A stretch of DNA of 64,000 nucleotides from a virus (IMGVR_UViG_3300021388_000002); one strand, 5' to 3'; positions 8,034 through 16,172 are shown, counted from the first letter of the stretch. Notes: generated by a model not told the origin, from the letters alone. Program-made: numbers and translations.

Positions 8034-8105
8034 TGGGCCCGGGAGGGATCGAACCACCGGCCTCCCCCGTGTCAGGGGGGTGCTCTCCCGCTGAGCTACG
8101 AGCCC
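8034..8105 (-). tRNA. tRNA-Val(GAC)
   Basis: CCCCC CT GAC AC GGGGG. Confidence 0.9.
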
Positions 8106-8227
8106 TTGTGTCCCATCCGCCTGGCTAGTGGCAGCTTCGCCCCGTGACCGGTGGCCACCCGCTCAAAATGGCTGGCGCGCCTTGGCAGCCGGGAGCCAGG
8201 GGGCAAGCAGGAGGGACTGCCTGCTAG

Positions 8228-8302
8228 CGGGGGCGACGGGATTTGAACCCGCGACGTCCAGATCGACAATCTGGCGCTCTGACCGGACTGAGCTACGTCC
8301 CC
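8228..8302 (-). tRNA. tRNA-Asp(GTC)
   Basis: CCAGA TT GTC GA TCTGG, G73. Confidence 0.92.
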
Positions 8303-8381
8303 TGGGGGTAGTGCGGTCGTGCTGATGATGCTAGCCGTGTGAGGCCACGTGGCTATCCGTGCAGTGGCTTGCGGCGCCTCG

Positions 8382-8453
8382 CTCCCCTGGCCAGACTCGA
8401 ACTGGAACCTTCCGGTTAACAGCCGGGCGCTCTGCCAATTGAGCTACAGGGGA
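8382..8453 (-). tRNA. tRNA-Asn(GTT)
   Basis: U1-A72, loop CT GTT AA. Confidence 0.92.
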
Positions 8454-9094
8454 TCGTTTATGAAGGCGGCCATCCGGGCGGGCTGCCGGGAGGGCCGGGC
8501 CAGGATAATGCTCACCATGGCAGCGTTGGCGGCGAGCAGGTACCCCGGGTAGATGAGCCCGGCCGCACTGGGCTGATGCACCAGGACCGCAGCCAGGGTC
8601 AGGGTGCCGCCGAGGCCGAACCAGGCGAAACCCGCCCAGGGCTCCCCGCCGGGATCAGCCCAGCCGTGCCGGTATGTCGGGATGAACGCGGCCAGGTCGG
8701 TCAGCGCCGAGATTGTGATGGCCGCCCAGACAGGCAGTGCCCGCGGGCTGGCGATAGCGATCGCCAGCATCACGATCCCGGCGCCAGCCAGTACGGTGCA
8801 CACGGCATCCAGGCGGCTGAATTCCCGGGTCCCGTACATCCAGGCCACGCAGAGCACGATCATGCAGGCAGCCGCATCCAGGCCGGTATAGAAGCCGCTG
8901 GCCAGCTGCCGGGGTGCTACCGCCAGCTCCCCGGCCGTCCCGGTCGCCGCGGCTGCGGACCACAGCGACCAGGACGATAGCCGCAGGTCAGCGCGCTCGT
9001 CCGGTTTCCGGCTGTCCCGGATCATGATCCAGCTGCCATACAGTGTGGCTGCTGCCGCCATGGCTGCCAGGATGATCGCTGCGGCTCCCGGCAT
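8444..9094 (-). CDS. Multi-pass membrane protein
   Basis: About 6-7 hydrophobic helices; stop falls inside the 5' end of tRNA-Asn. Confidence 0.7.
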   Translation of the reverse strand: MPGAAAIILAAMAAAATLYGSWIMIRDSRKPDERADLRLSSWSLWSAAAATGTAGELAVAPRQLASGFYTGLDAAACMIVLCVAWMYGTREFSRLDAVCTVLAGAGIVMLAIAIASPRALPVWAAITISALTDLAAFIPTYRHGWADPGGEPWAGFAWFGLGGTLTLAAVLVHQPSAAGLIYPGYLLAANAAMVSIILARPSRQPARMAAFINDPL

Positions 9095-9099
9095 CGCTG

Positions 9100-9495
9100 C
9101 TACGCCGCCTGTGTCTCAGCGGCCTGCCGGAACGACTCCAGCTCTGCGCTTGTGAACGGGTGTTCCAGGTATCCCGAATCGGACCATTCCTGGTACTCTA
9201 GCTCGCTGCTGTTGCTGCTGAGCCTGGTGACTGCGTAACGCACGTGGTAACCCGAATCCGTGCTGAGGGTGAAGGCCCCCGGCGTCAGCTCCGTCAGCTC
9301 ATAGCAGGTGACGGACCCCGATCTGGCCCGGGACGTATAGACCGTGCCAATCCTGGGTGGCCATTCGCTGGCGGTCTCGGATTCCACAAAATCCAGCCAG
9401 GAGGGCGTGTTCTCCGGGTTGAGCGCAAATGACAGGACATCCACTGCCGGGAGGCTGATGATGATGCGAAGCCGCTGGCCTGCCCTGGGCTTCAC
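9100..9495 (-). CDS. SRPBCC/polyketide-cyclase-like protein
   Basis: LSFALNPENTPSW...YHVRY..ELEYQEW pattern; coupled to neighbours. Confidence 0.6.
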   Translation of the reverse strand: MKPRAGQRLRIIISLPAVDVLSFALNPENTPSWLDFVESETASEWPPRIGTVYTSRARSGSVTCYELTELTPGAFTLSTDSGYHVRYAVTRLSSNSSELEYQEWSDSGYLEHPFTSAELESFRQAAETQAA

Positions 9496-10310
9496 GAGGA
9501 CGTCAGCCCCAGGTGGTCAGACAGGTCGGCCGGGCGGCTGGATTCCGGGCTGCTGCGGGTGTAGTAGTTGCAGGCCATGACAACCCGGAGCTGCGGGTAC
9601 CCGCTGGGTGGTCTCGGTGCCCGCACGCGCCGGATGAGCTGGTCCACGTAATGGGTATGGCCGCGACCATCAAAAGCCAGGAAATGCCCGGCTTGCGGGT
9701 AGATCACAATGGGGGCCTCTTCCACGGCGGCCAGGCCGCGCACGTCGCCCTGGCCGGCTATGCGCAGCGCCCCGCCGCAGCCGGCCGGATGGGAGGTGAA
9801 GTACAGCAGGCCCTGAACGGGCTGGGAATCGACGTGCAGCTCATACCGTGGGCCTTCTGGCTGCACGTTGAGCACAGCCCCGTACCGGATGTCCTGCGCG
9901 ACGCCCAGTTCCTCGGTGCTGATCTCCTGGGCCAGCTGCTTCAGCGGGCCGCGGTACAGGGTGTCAGCCCAGGGCAGCTGGCGGGCCAGGACGTTCCCGG
10001 GCACGACGTAAGTATCCAGCTGGAGAGCCTTGTCGTCCTCACGTGAGGTTACCGAGGTAGGCGTTATCACCTGGTGCACAACCGCAGCGGGATCGGCGGC
10101 CACAGCCAGCACCTGGCGCTGCCAGCCCGCAGGCAAGAGCGATGTCACGTCCCAGTCCCGCCAGCTGAACCGGGACGTCAGGACGGGTGCCGGGCGATGA
10201 CCAAGCAGCCAGTTCTGGCACGGGCTGGGATGAACCAGCCCTCCCTGGGAGCCGAGCGTGAACGGGACGCCGCATTCAGGGCAGGTACCAAGCCGAGATC
10301 GCGTCTTCAC
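9492..10310 (-). CDS. 2OG-Fe(II) dioxygenase-like protein with N-terminal Cys knuckle
   Basis: YELHVD (HxD), GGAL, HTHYV (distal His), terminal R; GGAGG SD. Confidence 0.7.
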   Translation of the reverse strand: MKTRSRLGTCPECGVPFTLGSQGGLVHPSPCQNWLLGHRPAPVLTSRFSWRDWDVTSLLPAGWQRQVLAVAADPAAVVHQVITPTSVTSREDDKALQLDTYVVPGNVLARQLPWADTLYRGPLKQLAQEISTEELGVAQDIRYGAVLNVQPEGPRYELHVDSQPVQGLLYFTSHPAGCGGALRIAGQGDVRGLAAVEEAPIVIYPQAGHFLAFDGRGHTHYVDQLIRRVRAPRPPSGYPQLRVVMACNYYTRSSPESSRPADLSDHLGLTSS

Positions 10311-10360
10311 TGGTTACCTCCTGTGCCTCACCGATTCCGTAAAGTCATCACCGTAACTCA

Positions 10361-10468
10361 TCAGGACCCGAGCCGCCCTGCCACCGCCTGCTCGGCGATC
10401 CGCCACAGCGGCTCGGTATCGAGCAGCAGCCCATCCATGTCAGCGAGCACGGCAAACTCAGCCATCAT
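10361..10468 (-). pseudogene. N-terminal fragment of a HAD phosphatase
   Basis: VLADMDGLLLDTEPLW motif I, then a stop after about 35 aa. Confidence 0.6.
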
Positions 10469-10583
10469 TACCGCCATTTCCGCCCGGCACTCCCTCCGGG
10501 CTCCCGCCTGTCTCCTGATCGCATCAGGCTTACCGTAACCCGTACGTGATCTTGAGGACAAGGCGGGGCGAAGTGATCACTCT

Positions 10584-10660
10584 TGGTAGCGGGGGCAGGA
10601 TTTGAACCTGCGGCCTCTGGGTTATGAGCCCAGTGTGCTGCCGAACTGCACCACCCCGCG
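10584..10660 (-). tRNA. Initiator tRNA-fMet(CAT)
   Basis: C1-U72 mismatch, GGG/CCC in anticodon stem, encoded CCA. Confidence 0.93.
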
Positions 10661-10661
10661 G

Positions 10662-10748
10662 TCGCGGTGACGGGAATCGAACCCGTGCGGTTTCACCCTA
10701 CGCGCTTGAAAGGCGCGCGGCCCGTTAGCCATCAGGGCCCCCACCGCG
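10662..10748 (-). tRNA. Atypical tRNA with TTC (Glu) anticodon and long variable arm
   Basis: 5-bp D stem GGCCC/GGGCC, 6-bp anticodon stem, loop CT TTC AA, about 13-nt variable region. Confidence 0.7.
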
Positions 10749-10755
10749 CTGACCG

Positions 10756-10830
10756 CGTCCCTGGCGGGCTTTGAACCCGCGTCACCGCCTTGAGAGGACG
10801 GCGTCCTGAGCCTGACTAGACGACAGGGAC
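10756..10830 (-). tRNA. tRNA-Glu(CTC)
   Basis: TCGTCTAG D arm, loop CT CTC AA. Confidence 0.9.
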
Positions 10831-11055
10831 CTGGATACTGCTGCTGAAGCATCGGATAGTAGTTACCTGTGCACGGAGGTGGACAGTTGCTAGCAGCAGA
10901 GTTACGGTGCCCTTACTGTCCGCAACAGAGGAAGGGGCCTCCATGGATTTCGTGACTTACCGGTTCACGACCTACCGGTTCTGACGCCCGGCCCCCGCTG
11001 GGGCAACCCCCCGTAACCACAGGAGCCAGGTCTGCTGCCCGGGACCTGGCTCCTG

Positions 11056-11128
11056 TGCGCCCGGCAGGATTTGAACCCGCGACCATCTGCTTAGAGGGCA
11101 GCCGCTCTGTCCGCTGAACTACGGGCGC
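11056..11128 (-). tRNA. tRNA-Arg(TCT), C33
   Basis: CTGC/GCAG stem closes the 7-nt loop CC TCT AA. Confidence 0.85.
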
Positions 11129-11143
11129 CGGTACAGTGCAGGC

Positions 11144-11374
11144 GTGGCCATCGACCAGGGAATTCTCCGGCAGCTCGCCGAGGCCGACATCGACGCCGTG
11201 CCGGCCGGCGACGGCAGGCTCCTGACCCTGACGCACCGCCCGACCGGGATCACCCTGGAGCGGCCGGTGTTCGCTGACGCGCTGAACGTGAGTCACGGCA
11301 TCGGGGCCTTGCTGACCGAGGCGGGCAAGACCGGGTGGGCCGCCAGGGACTCGAACCCTGAACGTGCAACTTAA
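11144..11374 (+). CDS. Small hypothetical protein, antisense to the tRNA array
   Basis: GC3-rich codons; 3' end overlaps tRNA-Lys. Confidence 0.4.
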   Translation: MAIDQGILRQLAEADIDAVPAGDGRLLTLTHRPTGITLERPVFADALNVSHGIGALLTEAGKTGWAARDSNPERAT

Positions 11375-11407
11375 AAGGATGCTGCTCTGCCATTGAGCTA
11401 GCGGCCC
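11336..11407 (-). tRNA. tRNA-Lys(TTT)
   Basis: Cloverleaf, loop CT TTT AA. Confidence 0.9.
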
Positions 11408-11408
11408 G

Positions 11409-11448
11409 TGGGCCGGGCGGGGCTTGAACCCGCGACCCCCGTCTTAGG
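11409..11448 (-). pseudogene. 3' half of split tRNA (anticodon uncertain, Lys-like body)
   Basis: (CC)TAA GACGG GGGTC GCGGG TTCAAGC CCCGC CCGGCCC A; pairs with the 5' half at 11949-11980. Confidence 0.8.
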
Positions 11449-11522
11449 TGGCACGGGTGGGACTTGAACCCACGTACGGCCGATTATGAGTCGGCTGCTT
11501 GGACCAGCTCAGCTACCGCGCC
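11449..11522 (-). tRNA. tRNA-CAT (Met or Ile2), nested copy
   Basis: GCCGA CT CAT AA TCGGC; HNH stop lies in its anticodon loop. Confidence 0.85.
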
Positions 11523-11933
11523 TCGGCCGAACTGGACATCCCGGGCACACTTAATAGAGCAAGAGGACGGATTGCCGCCCTTGACCAGGTGCGTCTGCCT
11601 GCGCAGCCGCTCGAAAGATTTACCGCACCCGGGGCAGACCAGCATAACTACAGCCGCTGGTTTATGCCCCTTCCTGATGTTGGCTGCTCGTGCCAGAGAC
11701 TGGATGTTCGCCGGATCATCATTAGACGGATCGTCGTCTATATGATCAGCGTCCACCTCCTGGGCTGGAATAGCGCCAAGCCGGATTGACAGCAGGTAAC
11801 GAGCGAAGCTCATCGTTGTCCGGTGATGTGGGCTGGTGAGAACAACGATCTTCCTGTTCTGCTTCTGGTCCAGATAGGGCCCATATACCGTGTACGCAGT
11901 AAACGGGGCTGGATGGGGCAGAAGGCTGGCCAC
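11484..11933 (-). CDS. HNH endonuclease with C-terminal Cys motifs
   Basis: VDADHIDDDPSNDDPANIQ HNH core, CPGC and CSIKC. Confidence 0.85.
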   Translation of the reverse strand: MASLLPHPAPFTAYTVYGPYLDQKQNRKIVVLTSPHHRTTMSFARYLLSIRLGAIPAQEVDADHIDDDPSNDDPANIQSLARAANIRKGHKPAAVVMLVCPGCGKSFERLRRQTHLVKGGNPSSCSIKCARDVQFGRGAVAELVQAADS

Positions 11934-11939
11934 GCGATC

Positions 11940-11945
11940 ATTATA
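11940..11945 (-). promoter_or_regulatory. -10 box TATAAT for the HNH (leaderless)
   Basis: Consensus hexamer 6 nt before GTG 11933. Confidence 0.65.
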
Positions 11946-11948
11946 CGT

Positions 11949-11980
11949 GACGTCACTCTGACCAGCTGAGTTACCGGCCC
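11949..11980 (-). pseudogene. 5' half of split tRNA
   Basis: GGGCCGG TA ACTC AGCTGGTCA GAGT G ACGTC. Confidence 0.8.
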
Positions 11981-11985
11981 GTGCG

Positions 11986-12057
11986 TGGCGGAAGGTGGGA
12001 TCGAACCACCGGCCTCTCCCTTATGAGGGGATCGCTCTGCCCCTGAGCTATACCGCC
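11986..12057 (-). tRNA. tRNA-CAT (Met or Ile2)
   Basis: TCCC CT CAT AA GGGA. Confidence 0.88.
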
Positions 12058-12061
12058 GTGG

Positions 12062-12135
12062 TGGGCGAGGGAGGATTTGAACCTCCGACCTTTTCCTTAT
12101 CAGGGAACTGCGAGAACCGGCTACGCTGCTCGCCC
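12062..12135 (-). tRNA. tRNA-Ile(GAT)
   Basis: Loop CT GAT AA. Confidence 0.88.
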
Positions 12136-12146
12136 ATGGTGCTGCG

Positions 12147-12234
12147 CGGAGGAGGTGGGGATCGAACCCACACGGGAGTTACCCCTGACCGTTTTCGGGA
12201 CGGTATCCGGCGCCAGCCCTCGGATGGCCCCTCC
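12147..12234 (-). tRNA. tRNA-Ser(CGA), C33
   Basis: GGAGG acceptor, long variable arm, ACCGT CC CGA AA ACGGT, G73. Confidence 0.85.
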
Positions 12235-12312
12235 AGGTGAAACAGGCAGTGCTGGCAAGGGCGGGTCTCCGACCGCGCGCACTTACATGCCAGCACCAGG
12301 TTCAGGATAAAG

Positions 12313-12399
12313 CGGAGGATGTGAGATTTGAACTCACGAGGGTGTTACCCCAACGCGCTTTCCGGGCGCGCGCCATAGGCCGGACTAGGCGAATCCTCC
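12313..12399 (-). tRNA. tRNA-Ser(GGA), C33
   Basis: CGCGC CC GGA AA GCGCG, long variable arm. Confidence 0.88.
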
Positions 12400-12403
12400 C
12401 GGT

Positions 12404-12751
12404 CTAGCTGAGCCACCAGCGGTACCAGCGCCAGATCACCCAGGCCGCAACCAGCCCGAAGACGCGAACCCTGCCGCCGATCATCCAGATGATGGCCAGG
12501 CTCCCGGCGATGGTGATCCAGCTGCTCAGCTTCTGCCAGCGCCAGCCGGGCAGCCGCTCCAGCTTGCGGACCTGGCCCGTCCAGGTGTTGACCGCACCGC
12601 GCTTGCGCCAGATCCGGAAATGCAGGTGAGCGCTGAGCCGGCGGTCCTGGTCAGACCAGGTGCCCTTGCCGGCGAGCCAGTGCCCGGTGCGCACGCGCAG
12701 GTTGTGCTGCGTGGCGGTACGCGGCGGCTCACCCCAGGACCGTCGCGGCAC
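12404..12751 (-). CDS. Trp-rich small membrane protein
   Basis: C-terminal hydrophobic helices; fills the Ser-Ser spacer. Confidence 0.5.
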   Translation of the reverse strand: MPRRSWGEPPRTATQHNLRVRTGHWLAGKGTWSDQDRRLSAHLHFRIWRKRGAVNTWTGQVRKLERLPGWRWQKLSSWITIAGSLAIIWMIGGRVRVFGLVAAWVIWRWYRWWLS

Positions 12752-12776
12752 ATCCGGGTGATACCCGCCAGGAGCG

Positions 12777-12865
12777 CGGAGGATACAGGATTTGAACCTG
12801 TGAGGGACGCGATGCCCAACCTCATTAGCAGTGAGGCGCCATAGACCGGACTAGGCGAATCCTCC
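12777..12865 (-). tRNA. tRNA-Ser(GCT)
   Basis: CCTCA CT GCT AA TGAGG. Confidence 0.92.
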
Positions 12866-12879
12866 TTGGCCGTGCTCAG

Positions 12880-12964
12880 TGTCCGAGGAGAGATTTGAAC
12901 TCTCACGCTCCGTGGGGAGCACCAGGGCCTGAACCTGGCGTGTCTGCCGTTCCACCACCCGGAC
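12880..12964 (-). tRNA. tRNA-Leu(CAG)
   Basis: CCAGG TT CAG GC CCTGG, long variable arm. Confidence 0.92.
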
Positions 12965-13066
12965 GGGGGAGACCACATTGCCGGTTTTCGCTGACGGTTG
13001 TGGCGGATGCCGCATGAGGTTCAGTCAGGCGGTCCAGCGTCAGGTCAAGACAGGATGTGATCTCAG

Positions 13067-13139
13067 AGTGGGTGACGGGGGTCGAACCCGCGGCCTCTAC
13101 CTTGGCAAGGTAGCGCGCTGCCAGCTGCGCTACACCCAC
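13067..13139 (-). tRNA. tRNA-Gly(GCC)
   Basis: CTACC TT GCC AA GGTAG, U73. Confidence 0.92.
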
Positions 13140-13149
13140 ATGTACTGCG

Positions 13150-13189
13150 AGCCCCACAGCGGGATCGAACCGCTGACCTTCGCCTTACG
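13150..13189 (-). pseudogene. 3' half of split tRNA-Thr(CGT)
   Basis: CGT AA GGCGA AGGTC AGCGG TTCGATC CCGCT GTGGGGC T. Confidence 0.88.
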
Positions 13190-13261
13190 AGCCTGCTCGG
13201 AGGATCGAACTCCGACTATTTCCTTACCAAGGAGGCGTGCTGCCATTGTCACTAAGCAGGC
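13190..13261 (-). tRNA. tRNA-Thr(GGT), nested copy
   Basis: GCCTGCT/AGCAGGC acceptor, loop TT GGT AA; anticodon stem has mismatches. Confidence 0.78.
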
Positions 13262-13662
13262 GTGTTCAGCTCATACTGCTCGGCCAGCCTGATCCCCTTC
13301 TGCTGGTTGTTCCTGGCCGGCTCCAGCCTGAGCGATCCGAGACGGCTTCCCACGTCCTCGACCGGCACCAGGTAGACCTTGGTGTTCTGCGGGCAGTAAA
13401 CGCCGAAGTACTCAGCTTCTCCCCGGTAAGGCCGGGTGCTGCCGCCGCGGTGAGCGTGCGAGCTGGCTGCGTTGAAATCTATGCGGCCATCTCGCATCCA
13501 GCCCGTTTTGCACTGGATGCGCAGGAACTTACCCCCATCGTCCACCACCATGTCGTAGCGACGGCCGTTCCCGAAAGGGATCAGTACGCTGTCGTAGACC
13601 TGGAGAAGGGCTGCCATGACGATGGCTTCGGTCCGATCGCCGATGCTGTGTGTATTAGGCAC
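13252..13662 (-). CDS. PD-(D/E)XK endonuclease, I-Ssp6803I-like
   Basis: IGDRTE...RYDMVVD...RIQCKT...Y.GEAEYFGVY; stop inside the nested tRNA-Thr. Confidence 0.88.
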   Translation of the reverse strand: MPNTHSIGDRTEAIVMAALLQVYDSVLIPFGNGRRYDMVVDDGGKFLRIQCKTGWMRDGRIDFNAASSHAHRGGSTRPYRGEAEYFGVYCPQNTKVYLVPVEDVGSRLGSLRLEPARNNQQKGIRLAEQYELNTPA

Positions 13663-13668
13663 ACCATC

Positions 13669-13674
13669 ATCTTA
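13669..13674 (-). promoter_or_regulatory. -10 box TAAGAT for the endonuclease (leaderless)
   Basis: 6 nt before GTG 13662. Confidence 0.55.
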
Positions 13675-13677
13675 CAC

Positions 13678-13709
13678 AGGCGACGCTCTGCGGGCTGAGC
13701 TAGCGGGGC
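13678..13709 (-). pseudogene. 5' half of split tRNA-Thr(CGT)
   Basis: GCCCCGC TA GCTC AGCCCGCA GAGC G TCGCC T. Confidence 0.88.
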
Positions 13710-13813
13710 GGGAAGGCTGCCGCTGAGTATCTGGGACAGCCTGTATCAGATGACGCAGCTTCTGTGCGTCAGGTGGGCCAGCCCGGCGGGCCGGCAGCCA
13801 GTGAACTAGAGGT

Positions 13814-14269
13814 ATGCGAGCTTCCCCCGGAGACGTCTTCGCGGCCCTGTTCGCCGCGCACCAGGCGGGCGATCACTGGGCCCAGACCTCAGCGCAGGCC
13901 ACCACCAAGGGCCAGCCTGGTGCGCGGGGCCGCCGGGCCTGCGCGGCGCATGTCGCGACGCTGACCGCGGGCAAGGCCGCCGCCCTGGCCGCGCTGCAGC
14001 TGTCCGGGCGCCAGATCAGGCCCGGCCGGGCGGTGATAGCCCTGGCCGCTGACGCCGCCTCGCATTACCTGGCGGACCGGCGCAGCTCTGAGCCGCTGAC
14101 CGGGCTGGCCCGGCTGGCGCACCTGGCCGGGCGGGGCGAGTTCTGGGCACTGGGCCAGCCGCGGCCCGGCCGGGACGACAACCCCGTGCTCGGGACCGGC
14201 AGTTACGCGCTGGATCAGGCGTTCCACATCGGGTGCCTGTGGGCAGCGTCCGCCTGGATGGCATGCTAG
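13814..14269 (+). CDS. DUF3307-like membrane protein
   Basis: HQAGDHWAQT, HVATL, SHYLADRR, LDQAFH His/Asp motifs. Confidence 0.75.
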   Translation: MRASPGDVFAALFAAHQAGDHWAQTSAQATTKGQPGARGRRACAAHVATLTAGKAAALAALQLSGRQIRPGRAVIALAADAASHYLADRRSSEPLTGLARLAHLAGRGEFWALGQPRPGRDDNPVLGTGSYALDQAFHIGCLWAASAWMAC

Positions 14270-14344
14270 CTGGGGTCTGAGGGCTCGAACCTCACGCCTC
14301 CGGGACCAAGGCCCGGCGCTCTGCCAGCGATGAGCTACACCCCA
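14270..14344 (-). tRNA. tRNA-Gln(TTG), C33
   Basis: U1-A72, G73, CCGGG CC TTG GT CCCGG. Confidence 0.85.
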
Positions 14345-14348
14345 CCAG

Positions 14349-14423
14349 AGCCGCCTGCCGGGCTTGAACCGGCCACCTGCTGATTACAAGTCAGCCGCTC
14401 TGCCAGCGATGAGCTAAGGCGGC
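14349..14423 (-). tRNA. tRNA-Thr(TGT)
   Basis: GCTGA CT TGT AA TCAGC. Confidence 0.92.
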
Positions 14424-14773
14424 ACCGTCTTGTGCCCGGGGCGCAGGAAAACCCGGGCCTTTGCGGCTCCGGGCTCCTGCGTTCGTGACTGTCAGGCGTG
14501 GTAAAACATCAGGTCGGTTTCGGTGGTAACCATGACCGCCTCCTCCCGTCAGTAACCATTGGTAGTGGAACCGTAACTCAGAAACAGGTAACTGAAAGGG
14601 TAGTTCTGTCTTACCCAGGACCACAGGGGCCGCAGGTGATCTCGCTGCCGAGGGGCTGGCACATGGAACAGGATCAGGGGACTCCGGCCGCGCGCGCCGT
14701 TATGAGCGAGGTATCCCTGACCGGGCCGGACGGGCGCCTTCGCTCCCCGTTCCCGGCGTCGTGACCGTCCTGC

Positions 14774-14852
<79 letters not shown>

Positions 14853-14859
<7 letters not shown>

Positions 14860-14917
14860 TCGAACGGGGCACCTGCTCATTACGAGTGAGCTGTTCTTCC
14901 GGCTGAACTACCGGGGC
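14853..14917 (-). pseudogene. Truncated tRNA-Thr(CGT) lacking the 3' acceptor strand, fused into tRNA-Leu(GAG)
   Basis: GCCCCGG, D arm, GCTCA CT CGT AA TGAGC, then a T arm whose last 7 nt are the Leu 5' end. Confidence 0.8.
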
Positions 14918-15025
14918 AGCAGCAGCCTGCGAGACCAGGGTCGCAAACTCCTGGCACACCGCACAGGCGTCCCTGTTCCCGGTCCCGCCAGGTAATGCCC
15001 GCGTAGACCGGTCTCGGCTGCCTAG

Positions 15026-15102
15026 CTGCGGTGCCTGGAATCGAACCAGGGTTATCTCCGGGTCCAGAGCCCGGCGGGTTTGCCAGCGTCCCCCACACCG
15101 CA
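15026..15102 (-). tRNA. tRNA-Gln(CTG)
   Basis: CCGGG CT CTG GA CCCGG, U1-A72. Confidence 0.88.
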
Positions 15103-15119
15103 TCGTGAAGCAAAAACCG

Positions 15120-15202
15120 TGGGCGAGGAGGGAGTTGAACCCTCACGCCGGTTAAGGCACTGGTACTTGAGGCCAGCGCGTCTGCCGTTCCGCCACCCGC
15201 CC
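15120..15202 (-). tRNA. tRNA-Leu(CAA)
   Basis: Loop CT CAA GT, long variable arm. Confidence 0.9.
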
Positions 15203-15206
15203 GGGT

Positions 15207-16172
15207 CTAGCACCGGCCCTGGTAGGCGCCCGCCAGGAACGTCGTCCAGGCGTCCCAGTCGGTGCCGTCATGAGACAGCTCGATCGCGGCCCCGGCGTTG
15301 CCCAGCGAGGCGTAGGTGGACAGCGCCCCGTGGTTGGGATTGATCTGCCAGTACCCGCGCTCGCCCACACCGCCGGTTGCGAACTGATTGCCACCAGATT
15401 CGGCCTGGGCGATCTCAGCCGCCATGAACGCCTCGTCCGGGGCGCCGCCCGCCTGGTCCCATAGCGCCTCCAGCCCGGCGCAGGACAGCGTGCCGGACAG
15501 CGCGGTCATGGTGCGCGCCGCAGTGGCGGCCAGGGCAGCCGGGACCAGGGCCGGGGTGGCGTCACCCGGGATGGCCAGCACCTCGCCCGCCATGATCAGG
15601 CTGGGATTGGCGATGACCGCGCGGTTGGCGTCCCAGATCCGGTGCCAGGCTGCCGCGCTGCCCAGTGTCTTCAGCGCGATCGCGGACAGCGTGTCACCCG
15701 GCTGGACGGTGTAGTGCCGGCTGCCCGGGGCCGCCTCGTGGTGCACGACCAGGGCGTCCGTGGTGATGCGGTCCGCCGGGATGTGCGGCGGGAGCGGCGT
15801 GGCGTATATCCGCCAGTCCTGCACCACCTGCTCGGCGTAGGGCTCATCCAGCGCCGGGGTAACCGGGTCCGTCACGGGCGGCGGGGCGAAACTGGCCAGC
15901 TGTGCGGTGATCTGGCCGCCAGGCTGTGCCGGGACCTGCTGGCTCCAGACGGCTGGCGCTGCCACCGGGGTGAAGACGGCCATGGCCGGGGACTGAGGGG
16001 CCAGGAGAGCACCCGCGGCCAGCGCGGCCGGAGCTGCCTTGACCGCCGCGCCCTGGGCCATGGCCTGCGCAGCTGTGGGAGCTGCATGCTGCGGCTGGCT
16101 GTACGGGGCCCTGCGGTGCCTGCCGGGGCTCACGGATGCTCTCCTGACCGGCGGCCGGAGGGGGAGGGACAT
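15207..16172 (-). CDS. LysM + lysozyme/transglycosylase-like protein
   Basis: YTVQPGDTLSAIA LysM; IAQAESGGN...GYWQIN catalytic-type motif. Confidence 0.85.
   Translation of the reverse strand: MSLPLRPPVRRASVSPGRHRRAPYSQPQHAAPTAAQAMAQGAAVKAAPAALAAGALLAPQSPAMAVFTPVAAPAVWSQQVPAQPGGQITAQLASFAPPPVTDPVTPALDEPYAEQVVQDWRIYATPLPPHIPADRITTDALVVHHEAAPGSRHYTVQPGDTLSAIALKTLGSAAAWHRIWDANRAVIANPSLIMAGEVLAIPGDATPALVPAALAATAARTMTALSGTLSCAGLEALWDQAGGAPDEAFMAAEIAQAESGGNQFATGGVGERGYWQINPNHGALSTYASLGNAGAAIELSHDGTDWDAWTTFLAGAYQGRC

Noticed and set aside
10662-10748. tRNA-Sec
   Set aside because: Loop reads CT TTC AA, not CT TCA AA, and no Sec genes are in the window
11056-11128. Amber suppressor / tRNA-Pyl (CTA)
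   Set aside because: The CTGC/GCAG stem fixes a 7-nt loop CCTCTAA with TCT at 34-36; CTA needs a register shift, and the body is Arg-like
6208-13677. Group I introns in the split tRNAs
   Set aside because: Inserts consist only of a promoter stub, an ORF and a tRNA; there is no space for P3-P9 core elements
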